64,000 nucleotides of DNA from contig JASEEY010000004.1 in the NCBI GenBank assembly GCA_030018435.1, positions 21,586 through 85,585 of the forward strand. The letters run 5' to 3'. How positions within the stretch are numbered: the stretch's first letter is position 1; each line of letters opens with the position of its first letter. This document shows positions 1-7,732 of the stretch, piece after piece. The notes below the pieces were generated by a model. The model was not told the DNA's origin. It worked only from the letters and a program-made list of their open reading frames with translations, and did no database searches. The DNA is from Methanocellales archaeon (lineage in GTDB: Archaea; Halobacteriota; UBA148; JAUWXC01). Made by a program: the position numbers and the translations under genes.

Positions 1-471
1 GCTGACCTTTGCCTTCGTCTCCTTCGACAATCTCTTCTGCATCTCCAGTTGTTCCGCACTCACGAACGAACTCATATGAATGAGGTGGGCATTATTGGCG
101 TAATCAACATCACCTTCATCAATGCACAACACATCATTAACCCCGGGATGGATGTAGAGCGCTCTTTCGCCGTGTTTGTCAACCAACCCAAGCGCCACTC
201 CACTGCTTCCCTTTGCCCTCCTGATCCTGCTGACATCAACGCCCTCGACAGCAAAATCGTCCATGATGATTCCCCCTTCCACGTCATCGCCCACGATGCC
301 GATGAATCCGGTGCTCAACCCCAGCCTAGCCAAACCGACGATGGTATTTGCGGCAGAGCCGCCCGGGCAGCCCTTCACGTCAATAACACCGACCTCCTCG
401 CCTGGCTTTGCGATTCTTTCAACCGCATACAGCCTATCATAGTTTAATGCGCCCAAGCCAGCGACATCCAT
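1..471 (-). CDS. PfkB-family carbohydrate/nucleoside kinase (3' end outside window)
   Basis: Manual translation of - strand from ATG at 471: MDVAGLGALNYDRLYAVERI...PGGSAANTIVGLARLGLSTGFIGIVGDD; open to the window edge; not in the ORF track. Confidence 0.85.
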   Translation of the reverse strand, partial: MDVAGLGALNYDRLYAVERIAKPGEEVGVIDVKGCPGGSAANTIVGLARLGLSTGFIGIVGDDVEGGIIMDDFAVEGVDVSRIRRAKGSSGVALGLVDKHGERALYIHPGVNDVLCIDEGDVDYANNAHLIHMSSFVSAEQLEMQKRLSKETKAKVS

Positions 472-473
472 TG

Positions 474-1541
474 CTATCCCAACTTTGCTGCTGCGCCCCT
501 GACGAGCGCCCTGAACCTTTTATGTATTTCTATGATCTTTGACATCTTCTTTTCGTCTGCATCATCTAAATAACCGAAGTATGGCATCTCAATCCTAGAT
601 TCGAGAAGGAAACGCCTGAGTTCTGGCGTTATGGCATCCTCCGGAATCGACGTTGGATCTTTTTCAAAATCAGAGCGCTTAGTCTCCCAGGACTTTACCA
701 TTTCAAACATCAAATCCCTTCTATCGAAATGTTTCGTCAACAGGTGCAAGAATCGTATGTCCAACGACGCTAAGCCAATGCTCGCATGGGGTATCGCGTA
801 TTCATTTCCATTGAAGACTACCGCAACACCGCCATTTTCCTTCACGTCTTTGAGCATCTTGTAGTCCGTTATGCTATCTCCTACAACCATGATATCTGAT
901 AGACTCGCATCATTTGCTTCTGCTATCCTGTGCACCGCTGCAACCTTCTTCGCCCCCCCTATCACGTACACCTTTTCCAAAACGTTGCCGTATCCAGTTT
1001 CTGGCAATTCTTCGAAGAAGAATTTATCCAAGGGATGCACTATCCTCTCCGGCCTCTCTAAGTGCTCATGAAGCTTCAGCACATCCTTCTCTGCCTTTTC
1101 TATCACCGAGAGATCATCTATCTCATCTCGTAGATCGCTCAACGATAGCCTGGTGCATGCTATGTTCTCCTTGGGGACGCCGAGCCCCCCTCCAATATTG
1201 TATGCATGCTGCTCATAACTGGTCGAGATGATATACGCTTTCCAGCCTTCGGATTTTAGTTTGGAAATCAGATATTTCGCGCCATCGACGATTTTTGCCT
1301 TTTTTGAAACCCTCGTTATGTCCTCCTCTGAGATATCGTGAAGAACTAAGAATGGCACGATCAGCGCGAGCGTATCTCCCGCTTCATATCCCTCTCTGTT
1401 CTCGAGTGCGAGCATGTCATCGTACTTGCTGATGACCTCGAATATCTTGTCGCCATTCTCGACAAGGGACATGACCTCGTAGGCGTTGTCCTGCGGCGAT
1501 AATGGACCTTCGAGGTCAAAACAGATTATGTGCGTCATCAA
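474..1541 (-). CDS. HAD-superfamily protein, EhaR-like
   Basis: N-terminal FDLEGPLSPQDNAYE and GDSITD motifs typical of the EhaR-like HAD family. Confidence 0.7.
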   Translation of the reverse strand: MMTHIICFDLEGPLSPQDNAYEVMSLVENGDKIFEVISKYDDMLALENREGYEAGDTLALIVPFLVLHDISEEDITRVSKKAKIVDGAKYLISKLKSEGWKAYIISTSYEQHAYNIGGGLGVPKENIACTRLSLSDLRDEIDDLSVIEKAEKDVLKLHEHLERPERIVHPLDKFFFEELPETGYGNVLEKVYVIGGAKKVAAVHRIAEANDASLSDIMVVGDSITDYKMLKDVKENGGVAVVFNGNEYAIPHASIGLASLDIRFLHLLTKHFDRRDLMFEMVKSWETKRSDFEKDPTSIPEDAITPELRRFLLESRIEMPYFGYLDDADEKKMSKIIEIHKRFRALVRGAAAKLG

Positions 1542-1592
1542 ACTCAGAATTGCATGGAAGATAAAAAACGCTTCGTTTCGATTTACCCGGCT

Positions 1593-2630
1593 TCAGCGTT
1601 TGTGCTTCTTATAGAATAACTCGGCGTTCAGCACAGACGCTCCGGCGGCCCCTCTAATCGTGTTGTGTCCCAGTGCGATGTATTTGACGCCATCCGTATA
1701 TTCTCTGATTCTGCCAACCGATACGCTCATCCCCTTTCCGGCATCTCTATCCAATCTGGGCTGCGGTCTGTCCTCCTCATCGCGCACGATGATCGGTTTT
1801 TTCGGAGCGGTTGGCAATCCCTTTACTTCATCGCATTTGAACTTGGTGAATGCGTCTCGCACCTCACTCAACCTTGGACGGTTGCGCATGGACACCCATA
1901 TCGCCTCAGTATGTCCATCCATAACTGGAACCCTGTTACAGCTTGCGCTCACCTCAAAATCGGCATTCTTCACCTTGGTGCCGTCAAATTTACCCAGTAT
2001 CTTCTGGGCCTCGGTCTCCATCTTCTCCTCTTCTTTTGCGATGTACGGAATCACGTTATCGAGGATCGCCATCGATGCCACGCCCTCGTAGCCTGCACCA
2101 GATACGGCCTGCATCGTTGCCACGTGCACGCCCTTTATGCCGAATTTCATCAGCGGCTTCAGTGAGAGCGCCATCGCGATGACCGAGCAGTTCGGGTTGG
2201 TGATGATGCAGCCATCCCAGTGGCGATTTTCTTTTTGCACCTCCACCAATCCCAGGTGATCGGGATTGACCTCAGGAATCATGAGCGGCACATCGCTTTC
2301 CATCCTGTATGCGCCGGCATTGCTCGCCACCAAAAATCCCGCTTCTGCAAATTTGGGCTCCACCTCTTTCGCGATAGCGGCTGGCAGCGCGGAGAACACG
2401 ATGTCCGCATCCACCTTTTCCGGCGAGGTTGGCAAAACCTCTATTCCTTTTGCCTCATCGGGCAGCGACACATCCAACCGCCACCTTGCTATTTCGCCGT
2501 ATTTCTTGCCCGCACTCCGCTCGGATGCCGTTAACGCAGACAACTCAAACCACGGATGCTCCGCTAACAGCTGGATAAATCTTTGTCCGACTGCGCCGGT
2601 CGCTCCTAAAACGCCTACTTTTATCCTCAT
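1593..2630 (-). CDS. asd: Aspartate-semialdehyde dehydrogenase
   Basis: [16 protein letters not shown] catalytic Cys, HNTIRGAAG. Confidence 0.97.
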   Translation of the reverse strand: MRIKVGVLGATGAVGQRFIQLLAEHPWFELSALTASERSAGKKYGEIARWRLDVSLPDEAKGIEVLPTSPEKVDADIVFSALPAAIAKEVEPKFAEAGFLVASNAGAYRMESDVPLMIPEVNPDHLGLVEVQKENRHWDGCIITNPNCSVIAMALSLKPLMKFGIKGVHVATMQAVSGAGYEGVASMAILDNVIPYIAKEEEKMETEAQKILGKFDGTKVKNADFEVSASCNRVPVMDGHTEAIWVSMRNRPRLSEVRDAFTKFKCDEVKGLPTAPKKPIIVRDEEDRPQPRLDRDAGKGMSVSVGRIREYTDGVKYIALGHNTIRGAAGASVLNAELFYKKHKR

Positions 2631-2797
2631 AGTGAAATCGCGCCCGTGGGACAGACATCAACGCATGTACCGCATTCCGTGCACAGCGAATCGTCAACTG
2701 TGGCAATCTCATCGTTCAATAAGATCGCACTCACAGGACACTCATCCACACATGCCCCACATCCCGCGCAACTTTCCTTATCTACACTTGCTGCCAT
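2627..2797 (-). CDS. 2x[4Fe-4S] ferredoxin
   Basis: [21 protein letters not shown]...[12 protein letters not shown]; ATG at 2797. Confidence 0.93.
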   Translation of the reverse strand: MAASVDKESCAGCGACVDECPVSAILLNDEIATVDDSLCTECGTCVDVCPTGAISL

Positions 2798-2847
2798 GAT
2801 ACCCGCATATGAGGATGAACAACCCCAATATAATTTTTTTGGTCGTT

Positions 2848-2922
2848 TTACTGCCACTTTATGCTTTCCTTGAATTTTGTGATGCCATCTTTCCTTAGTG
2901 GATTTAATTTTTCATTGGAGTT
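2848..2922 (-). pseudogene. Fragment A: internally deleted 3' end of a probable DNA methyltransferase
   Basis: - strand reads LQ*KIKSTKERW joined out of frame to ITKFKESIKWQ*; 2899-2922 matches 5303-5326 at 22/24 nt; 2864-2885 identical to 3934-3955. Confidence 0.75.
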
Positions 2923-2942
2923 GGGGTAAGTCTTTATATATT

Positions 2943-2981
2943 TTGAAAACTACTATTCAAACGTGAAAACTACTATTCAAA
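2943..2981 (+). promoter_or_regulatory. Tandem 18-bp operator-like repeat overlapping the start codon
   Basis: tgaaaactactattcaaa at 2944-2961 and 2964-2981; TTGAA-N8-TTCAA dyad; just downstream of TATA-like tttatata (2933-2940). Confidence 0.6.
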
Positions 2982-3535
2982 AGCTAACCAGGTATCCGGT
3001 CGTGCTGAGGTTATTCTTTGAGTATCCTGACAGGAATTTCACGCCCCTGGAGATTTCCAGGATAACGAAGCTAGCTTATACTACCACTTGGAGGTTTGTT
3101 CACGACTTAGAGAGGGCGGGCGTGATTGGAATAGAAAAAATAGGCGGGTATAATGTGTGTAGATTAAATCAGAAATCGCCTATCATAGATGAATTGAAGG
3201 ACTTTGTGGAGTTAGAACTATCACCTCATAGATTGGCCGTATCCAAGTTTGTCGACAGGGTTAAAAAATTGAGGCATGTAAAAAAAGTCATTCTATTTGG
3301 AAGTGTAGCAAAAGGCGAGGAAACGCTTACGAGTGATATTGATGTAGCTCTACTCGTAGGCGAGAAGTACCGACTGGAAAAGAAGATTGCAGAGATAGCT
3401 GATGAGATCTTGGGGGAAACAAAAATGAAAATCATACCCATAGTACTGACCCAGAAAGAATTGAAAGAAAATGAGCAATTCGCCTCGGAGTTAGCGAAAG
3501 GAGAAGTGTTGTATGAGAGAGCTGAAAGAGGCTGA
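2963..3535 (+). CDS. Winged-HTH fused to minimal nucleotidyltransferase (MNT antitoxin)
   Basis: N-terminal HTH (FTPLEISRITKLAYTTTWRFVHDLERAG); C-terminal LFGSVAKGE...SDIDV. Confidence 0.85.
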   Translation: MKTTIQKLTRYPVVLRLFFEYPDRNFTPLEISRITKLAYTTTWRFVHDLERAGVIGIEKIGGYNVCRLNQKSPIIDELKDFVELELSPHRLAVSKFVDRVKKLRHVKKVILFGSVAKGEETLTSDIDVALLVGEKYRLEKKIAEIADEILGETKMKIIPIVLTQKELKENEQFASELAKGEVLYERAERG

Positions 3536-3899
3536 ATTTTGGCTGGAGAGCGCTAAAAATCTGATGACGTCTGCAAGCCCTAACAGGGAGAGGTACACGG
3601 TTGTGGTCGCTCAAGCCATTCACTCGATCATCAGAGCAAACGATGCCCTGACGCTCAGATTCCTTAAAAAGCGAGCGATGAGACATGATGATGCCATACG
3701 GTTGTTTCGCGAGCTTATCAGTCTTAATAAAATTCCGTCTAAATTTGCCGACCTGGGGAGGACGATCATAATCCCTGCGGTGCAGACAAAATCAAAGGCA
3801 GATTACAAAGGGATAGAGGTAAGCAAAGCAGAAGCTGAAAGATGGATCAGAAAAGCCCAGAAGTTTATAGAATGCGTCAAAGAATGCTTGAGGGCATAA
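3513..3899 (+). CDS. HEPN-domain protein (toxin partner)
   Basis: EAEFWLESA...AQAIHSIIRA...RHDDA...ADY, HEPN pattern; overlaps the MNT gene. Confidence 0.8.
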   Translation: MRELKEAEFWLESAKNLMTSASPNRERYTVVVAQAIHSIIRANDALTLRFLKKRAMRHDDAIRLFRELISLNKIPSKFADLGRTIIIPAVQTKSKADYKGIEVSKAEAERWIRKAQKFIECVKECLRA

Positions 3900-3917
3900 T
3901 CGCTCACAATCACTTTT

Positions 3918-3978
3918 TCACCACCACCTCACACTTTCCTTGAATTTTGTGATGCACTCATCCTTATTCCCATTTTCG
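3918..3978 (-). repeat. Fragment B of methyltransferase 3' end
   Basis: - strand ...ITKFKESVRWW*; 3922-3948 identical (27 nt) to 4565-4591. Confidence 0.8.
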
Positions 3979-4013
3979 TTACCTTAATATACTCGGCTGC
4001 AAAACCACAAAAT

Positions 4014-4319
4014 ATGAGTATAGATGTCCTCAGATCAAAGATTCAAAAAGAGGAATACGAATTAACACTACACGCTCTCAAAAGGAGAATTGAAAGAAAA
4101 ATCTCTACCGAGGACATTGAACACGCGATACTAAATGGAGAAATAATCGAAAACTATCCTAATGATGAGCCATTTCCAAGTTGTCTGGTCGCAGGATTGA
4201 CCAAGGATAACAAACCAATTCATCTTGTATGTGCGATTGCCCCAGTCGTTAAGATTATAACCGTATACGTGCCAGAAGAAGATGAATGGATAGAATACAA
4301 AAGGAGAAAGAGGAAATGA
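4014..4319 (+). CDS. DUF4258-family putative toxin
   Basis: LTLHALKRRIERKIS...GEIIENYPND..FPSCLVAG...PIHLV. Confidence 0.85.
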   Translation: MSIDVLRSKIQKEEYELTLHALKRRIERKISTEDIEHAILNGEIIENYPNDEPFPSCLVAGLTKDNKPIHLVCAIAPVVKIITVYVPEEDEWIEYKRRKRK

Positions 4320-4558
4320 AGTGTGCCATTTGCGGGGGACATCTCGAGGAAAAAGCCACGAAGTTAGAGGTTTGGGTGGATGGAAAGTTATTGGTTATCG
4401 AAGATGTTCCTGCGAGGGTTTGTGAAAATTGTGGCGAGAAGTATTTCTCTGCCAAAGTATCCAAGCAGATCGATAAGTTGCTGGAATCCAAAATAAAGGC
4501 AGAAAGAAAATTGGAAGTCCCCATCTTTTCATTTAAAGCACTAGAAGCTATTGGTTAA
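4316..4558 (+). CDS. YgiT-type zinc-finger putative antitoxin
   Basis: MKCAICGG...IEDVPARVCENCGEKY; ATGA overlap with DUF4258 gene. Confidence 0.88.
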   Translation: MKCAICGGHLEEKATKLEVWVDGKLLVIEDVPARVCENCGEKYFSAKVSKQIDKLLESKIKAERKLEVPIFSFKALEAIG

Positions 4559-4563
4559 TCTCA

Positions 4564-4591
4564 TCACCACCTCACACTTTCCTTGAATTTT
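4564..4591 (-). repeat. Fragment C of methyltransferase 3' end
   Basis: caccacctcacactttccttgaatttt; - strand KFKESVRW*. Confidence 0.8.
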
Positions 4592-4643
4592 AATGGTTAT
4601 CAAAGAAAGAGTATTTATTAAAATAAGACGACAATCCTTGTTC

Positions 4644-4955
4644 ATGGATGTCATTTCTGATAGATTCGGGAGAAGAATCAGGCTTACAGATGAAAGATGG
4701 AGCTATATCGTACATAAGCACCCTATTTTGCTTGAATTGAGAACAGAGTTCGAGAATACAATAAAAGAGCCCGAGCTTATTACAAGTAGCGTGTACGATC
4801 CAGAGGTATTGCTCTACTATCGATACTTTAAAGAGCTATTAGAAGGGAAATATATAGTTGCTGTAGCTAAAATAAGTAGAGACGACACCTTCGTCGTCAC
4901 TGGTTATGTTACTGACAGAATCAAGAAGGGGAATGTAATATGGAAAAAAAGCTAA
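4644..4955 (+). CDS. Putative RelE/PBECR-like toxin
   Basis: IRLTDERWSYIVHKHP...LYYRYF...VVTGY pattern typical of partners of DUF2283. Confidence 0.65.
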   Translation: MDVISDRFGRRIRLTDERWSYIVHKHPILLELRTEFENTIKEPELITSSVYDPEVLLYYRYFKELLEGKYIVAVAKISRDDTFVVTGYVTDRIKKGNVIWKKS

Positions 4956-5167
4956 AATTCTTCTTGGATGAAAAAGGTGACGTATTGGACGTCACTGTTG
5001 GAGAGCCCCAGCCAGCGATAAGTGAAGAGATAGGTGACGACATCATAATTCACAAAAACGATCAGGGCGAAATTGTTGGCTTTACAATACTCAATTTCAT
5101 AAAGAGATCTAAAAAGTTGGGTGCTAGCAGAGAAGTACCTGTAACAGCCAAATTTGCAACTGCATAA
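4940..5167 (+). CDS. DUF2283-family putative antitoxin
   Basis: DEKGDVLDV...ISEEIGDDIII...GEIVGFTILNF. Confidence 0.85.
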   Translation: MEKKLKFFLDEKGDVLDVTVGEPQPAISEEIGDDIIIHKNDQGEIVGFTILNFIKRSKKLGASREVPVTAKFATA

Positions 5168-5174
5168 TCACCAT

Positions 5175-5332
5175 CTACCACCACCTCGCACTTTCCTTGA
5201 ATTTTGTCGGCCTCTCTCCTTCCTCCAACTTTCGGAATACATACAAATGCTCGTGCGCGATCAAAAGAAAATCATAGTTCCTACCGCGCCACCTTTCGCG
5301 TGTGGATTTCATTTTCCATTGGAGTTTGATGT
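5175..5332 (-). pseudogene. Fragment D: 5'-truncated C-terminus of a probable N6/N4 DNA methyltransferase
   Basis: IKLQWKMKSTRERWRGRNYDFLLIAHEHLYVFRKLEEGERPTKFKESARWW*, recalled as the C-terminus of an archaeal DNA MTase family; no 5' part present. Confidence 0.6.
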
Positions 5333-5396
5333 GTTCAATTCCAGATTGTAAAGAGGCACAAGATCTTATACGACTAAAATTATACATCACTACATC

Positions 5397-6173
5397 ATGA
5401 AGTTGGAATTGAGACCAGATGTAGCGGTCGGTTATAAAAGCGCATCACAACGCGCACGAGTTTTGACGGAAACATGGGTTCTGGATAACTTGTATTGTCC
5501 TGCGTGTCCGTGTGATACTTTATCTCAAGCGCCCAAGGGAGAGAAAGTTATCGATTTTACTTGTTCTGAGTGTGACGAACCCTATCAATTAAAAAGCCAC
5601 AGGCACCCATTCGGAAATCGTGTTGTGAATTCCGCTTACCAACCTAAGGTTGACGCAATCTCCAAGGGAACGATTCCAAACTTCGTTTTCCTTCAGTACA
5701 ATCCTATGATGTGGAAGGTGCAGAATATCTTCGTCGTGCCAAAACACTTTATATCTTTATCGATGATAGAGGAACGAAAGCCACTACGAGAATCGGCTAG
5801 GCGAAGCGGCTGGATTGGCTCAAATATCCTTCTAGGAAACTTGCCTGCAGATGCTCGAATTCCAATCGTAGAGAATGGTCATAAGATTTCAAAGACAACG
5901 GTGAGAAATTCATGGAGTCGATTTTTATTTCTCCGTGAGCAATCGGCTCGCTTTCGTGGTTGGTTGGCTGATGTACTTGCATGTGTTAGAAAATTGGATC
6001 GAGAAACGTTTACGCTTGCGGAACTCTACGCATTTGAAGACCATTTAGCGCGATTACATCCTGAAAATAAGAACATTAGACCTAAGATTCGTCAGCAATT
6101 ACAGATTCTACGTGATAACGGCATCGTCGAGTTTTTGGGAAAAGGTAACTATCGAATATCCCGATCTTACTGA
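5397..6173 (+). CDS. DpnI-like (Dam-replacing family) methyl-directed restriction endonuclease
   Basis: YKSASQRARVLTETWV...YCPAC, DFTCSEC..YQLKS, PNFVFLQY, C-terminal wH HPENKNIRPKIRQQLQILRD. Confidence 0.9.
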   Translation: MKLELRPDVAVGYKSASQRARVLTETWVLDNLYCPACPCDTLSQAPKGEKVIDFTCSECDEPYQLKSHRHPFGNRVVNSAYQPKVDAISKGTIPNFVFLQYNPMMWKVQNIFVVPKHFISLSMIEERKPLRESARRSGWIGSNILLGNLPADARIPIVENGHKISKTTVRNSWSRFLFLREQSARFRGWLADVLACVRKLDRETFTLAELYAFEDHLARLHPENKNIRPKIRQQLQILRDNGIVEFLGKGNYRISRSY

Positions 6174-6499
6174 ACGAAATATTTGTTGTGGTCTTTCAAT
6201 GCTATCTTTAGAATGTCCTTTGCGAAATCCGCAGCATCGAACAGCTCTCGAAGTTGTGGATAATCTTCGAGAAAATCGTCTAATGTTTTATATTCCTTGA
6301 AGCATCTGGCGACTATATAAGGCTCCCAATCTTTCATGTGCATTGATTTTATCCAAAGCATTGCATCTGCAAAGTAACCGTAGTTAGGATGCTCCCAGTC
6401 GATGACGACTAAATCAAAGGTGCCTATGGTTGCCCTTGTGCCTCTCAATTTATAGCCATCGCCAATATCGAGAGTTATCGATTTTGCCTCTATCTTCAT
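6167..6499 (-). CDS. Hypothetical protein
   Basis: 110-aa ORF with plausible composition, fills the gap in the island; no recognised motif. Confidence 0.6.
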   Translation of the reverse strand: MKIEAKSITLDIGDGYKLRGTRATIGTFDLVVIDWEHPNYGYFADAMLWIKSMHMKDWEPYIVARCFKEYKTLDDFLEDYPQLRELFDAADFAKDILKIALKDHNKYFVQ

Positions 6500-6746
6500 C
6501 TCTATCCTTTTGATCAGACCAGATCCTCTGCGGGCTTATTTAAGCATTTTGATCCCAAAGAGCGCTTTTTTGTTAAAAATAGGCGTGGAGATTGCTTTAA
6601 AATGATAAAATCAAAATGCTCTTAACTTCCACCATGGCGGGATTACAACTTCCGCCCCAAGCAACATTTATAACATATGTGGTGGCATACAACCACATGG
6701 TATGCTTGGCAACATACCTAGAGGAGTGAGGGCGAGTTAAGTGACG

Positions 6747-7187
6747 ATGGAGAGAAAAGCACTTTTTTACATAGAGGGCAAAGAAGTCCAACATATTGGC
6801 TGTAGGCTCACAGTCACGAGAGAGTTGATCCGTGCCGGGTTCACCAAAGGAGGCGCATTTAATTTACCGGATGGTAGAGTGGAAGTTGTGTTGGAAGGAG
6901 ATGAAGATAGGATCAAGTACATGCATAAAGAAGTCCGAGAAAATTTAGTCAACTGGCTAGAGCAGGGCGCTGTGGACAGGAAAACACTCAAAAGACGAAT
7001 GGGTAATCCTCATCCAAGTCTTACTGTCACTGATTTAGAATTTAAAGAAGACTTATTGGTTTTGGATATCGGTTTGTTCAGTCATTCTCTGACTTTTGAT
7101 CAAATTTACAAAGGTGTTGATGTTTATAAGGAGCTGATTGGGGTCATAAAAAATCTTAATGATACCCTAAAAGGGAAAAGTGGCTGA
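6747..7187 (+). CDS. Divergent acylphosphatase-fold protein with C-terminal extension
   Basis: GKEVQHIGCR and FNLPDGRVEVVLEG match the acylphosphatase signature (VQGVGFR / NLxDGRVE). Confidence 0.65.
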   Translation: MERKALFYIEGKEVQHIGCRLTVTRELIRAGFTKGGAFNLPDGRVEVVLEGDEDRIKYMHKEVRENLVNWLEQGAVDRKTLKRRMGNPHPSLTVTDLEFKEDLLVLDIGLFSHSLTFDQIYKGVDVYKELIGVIKNLNDTLKGKSG

Positions 7188-7198
7188 TATTTTAGGCA

Positions 7199-7218
7199 AA
7201 TCACATCCCCAGCACATC
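7199..7218. repeat. 20-bp duplicate of the dapB 3' end
   Basis: aatcacatccccagcacatc identical to 7731-7750, which contains the dapB codons for DVLGM*. Confidence 0.9.
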
Positions 7219-7265
7219 GTTAGGAAACCTTAAAGTCACAGAACGAACTATGTTAGGTGATAAAC

Positions 7266-7466
7266 ATGCCTGAAGTCGTGACCATTCCCAAAGAGGAATA
7301 TGAATTTTTGAAGAAATGTGAGCGGGTGCTCTATGAGGACATCAGAGAGCAGTTTAATGAAAACTTTATAAGAAAGGTGAAGAGAGCGCGGAAACAACTC
7401 AAGACAGGCAAAGGAATTCTGTGCAAAAGTAAGGCAGAAAGAAGCAGATATTTTGAATCTCTCTGA
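7266..7466 (+). CDS. RelB-like antitoxin
   Basis: Small ORF VTIPKEEYEFL...ARKQLKTGKG directly upstream of a RelE toxin. Confidence 0.7.
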   Translation: MPEVVTIPKEEYEFLKKCERVLYEDIREQFNENFIRKVKRARKQLKTGKGILCKSKAERSRYFESL

Positions 7467-7471
7467 TTTGG

Positions 7472-7732
7472 ATGACATATAAATGCAGATTCTCTCCCGA
7501 ATTTGAAAAAGACCTCAGGAAGATCAAGAAGAAAGACAAGGTTTTGTTTGAGAGAATTTGTAAGAAGATCGAGGAAATTTTAGAAAGTCCAGAAGTTTAC
7601 AAACCATTGAGATACAAACTTAAGGGATTGAGAAGGGCCCATATCGGGAGTTTTGTAGTTATTTTTCAGATAACAGGAGATGTCGTAGAATTTCTCGTTG
7701 TTGATCACCACGATAGGGCTTATAAAAGATAA
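7472..7732 (+). CDS. RelE/ParE-family toxin
   Basis: FSPEFEKDLRKI...PLRYKLKGLRRAHIGSFVVIF...HHDRAY. Confidence 0.9.
   Translation: MTYKCRFSPEFEKDLRKIKKKDKVLFERICKKIEEILESPEVYKPLRYKLKGLRRAHIGSFVVIFQITGDVVEFLVVDHHDRAYKR

Noticed and set aside
261-290. Apparent frameshift in the pfkB gene
   Set aside because: Recount gives five Gs on the - strand (GAA GGG GGA ATC), so the frame is intact.
3897-3960. Canonical integron attC sites between the TA modules
   Set aside because: No consistent RYYYAAC...GTTRRRY pair or shared palindrome across copies; the tcacaa/ttgtga dyad occurs only in copy B; no intI in the window.
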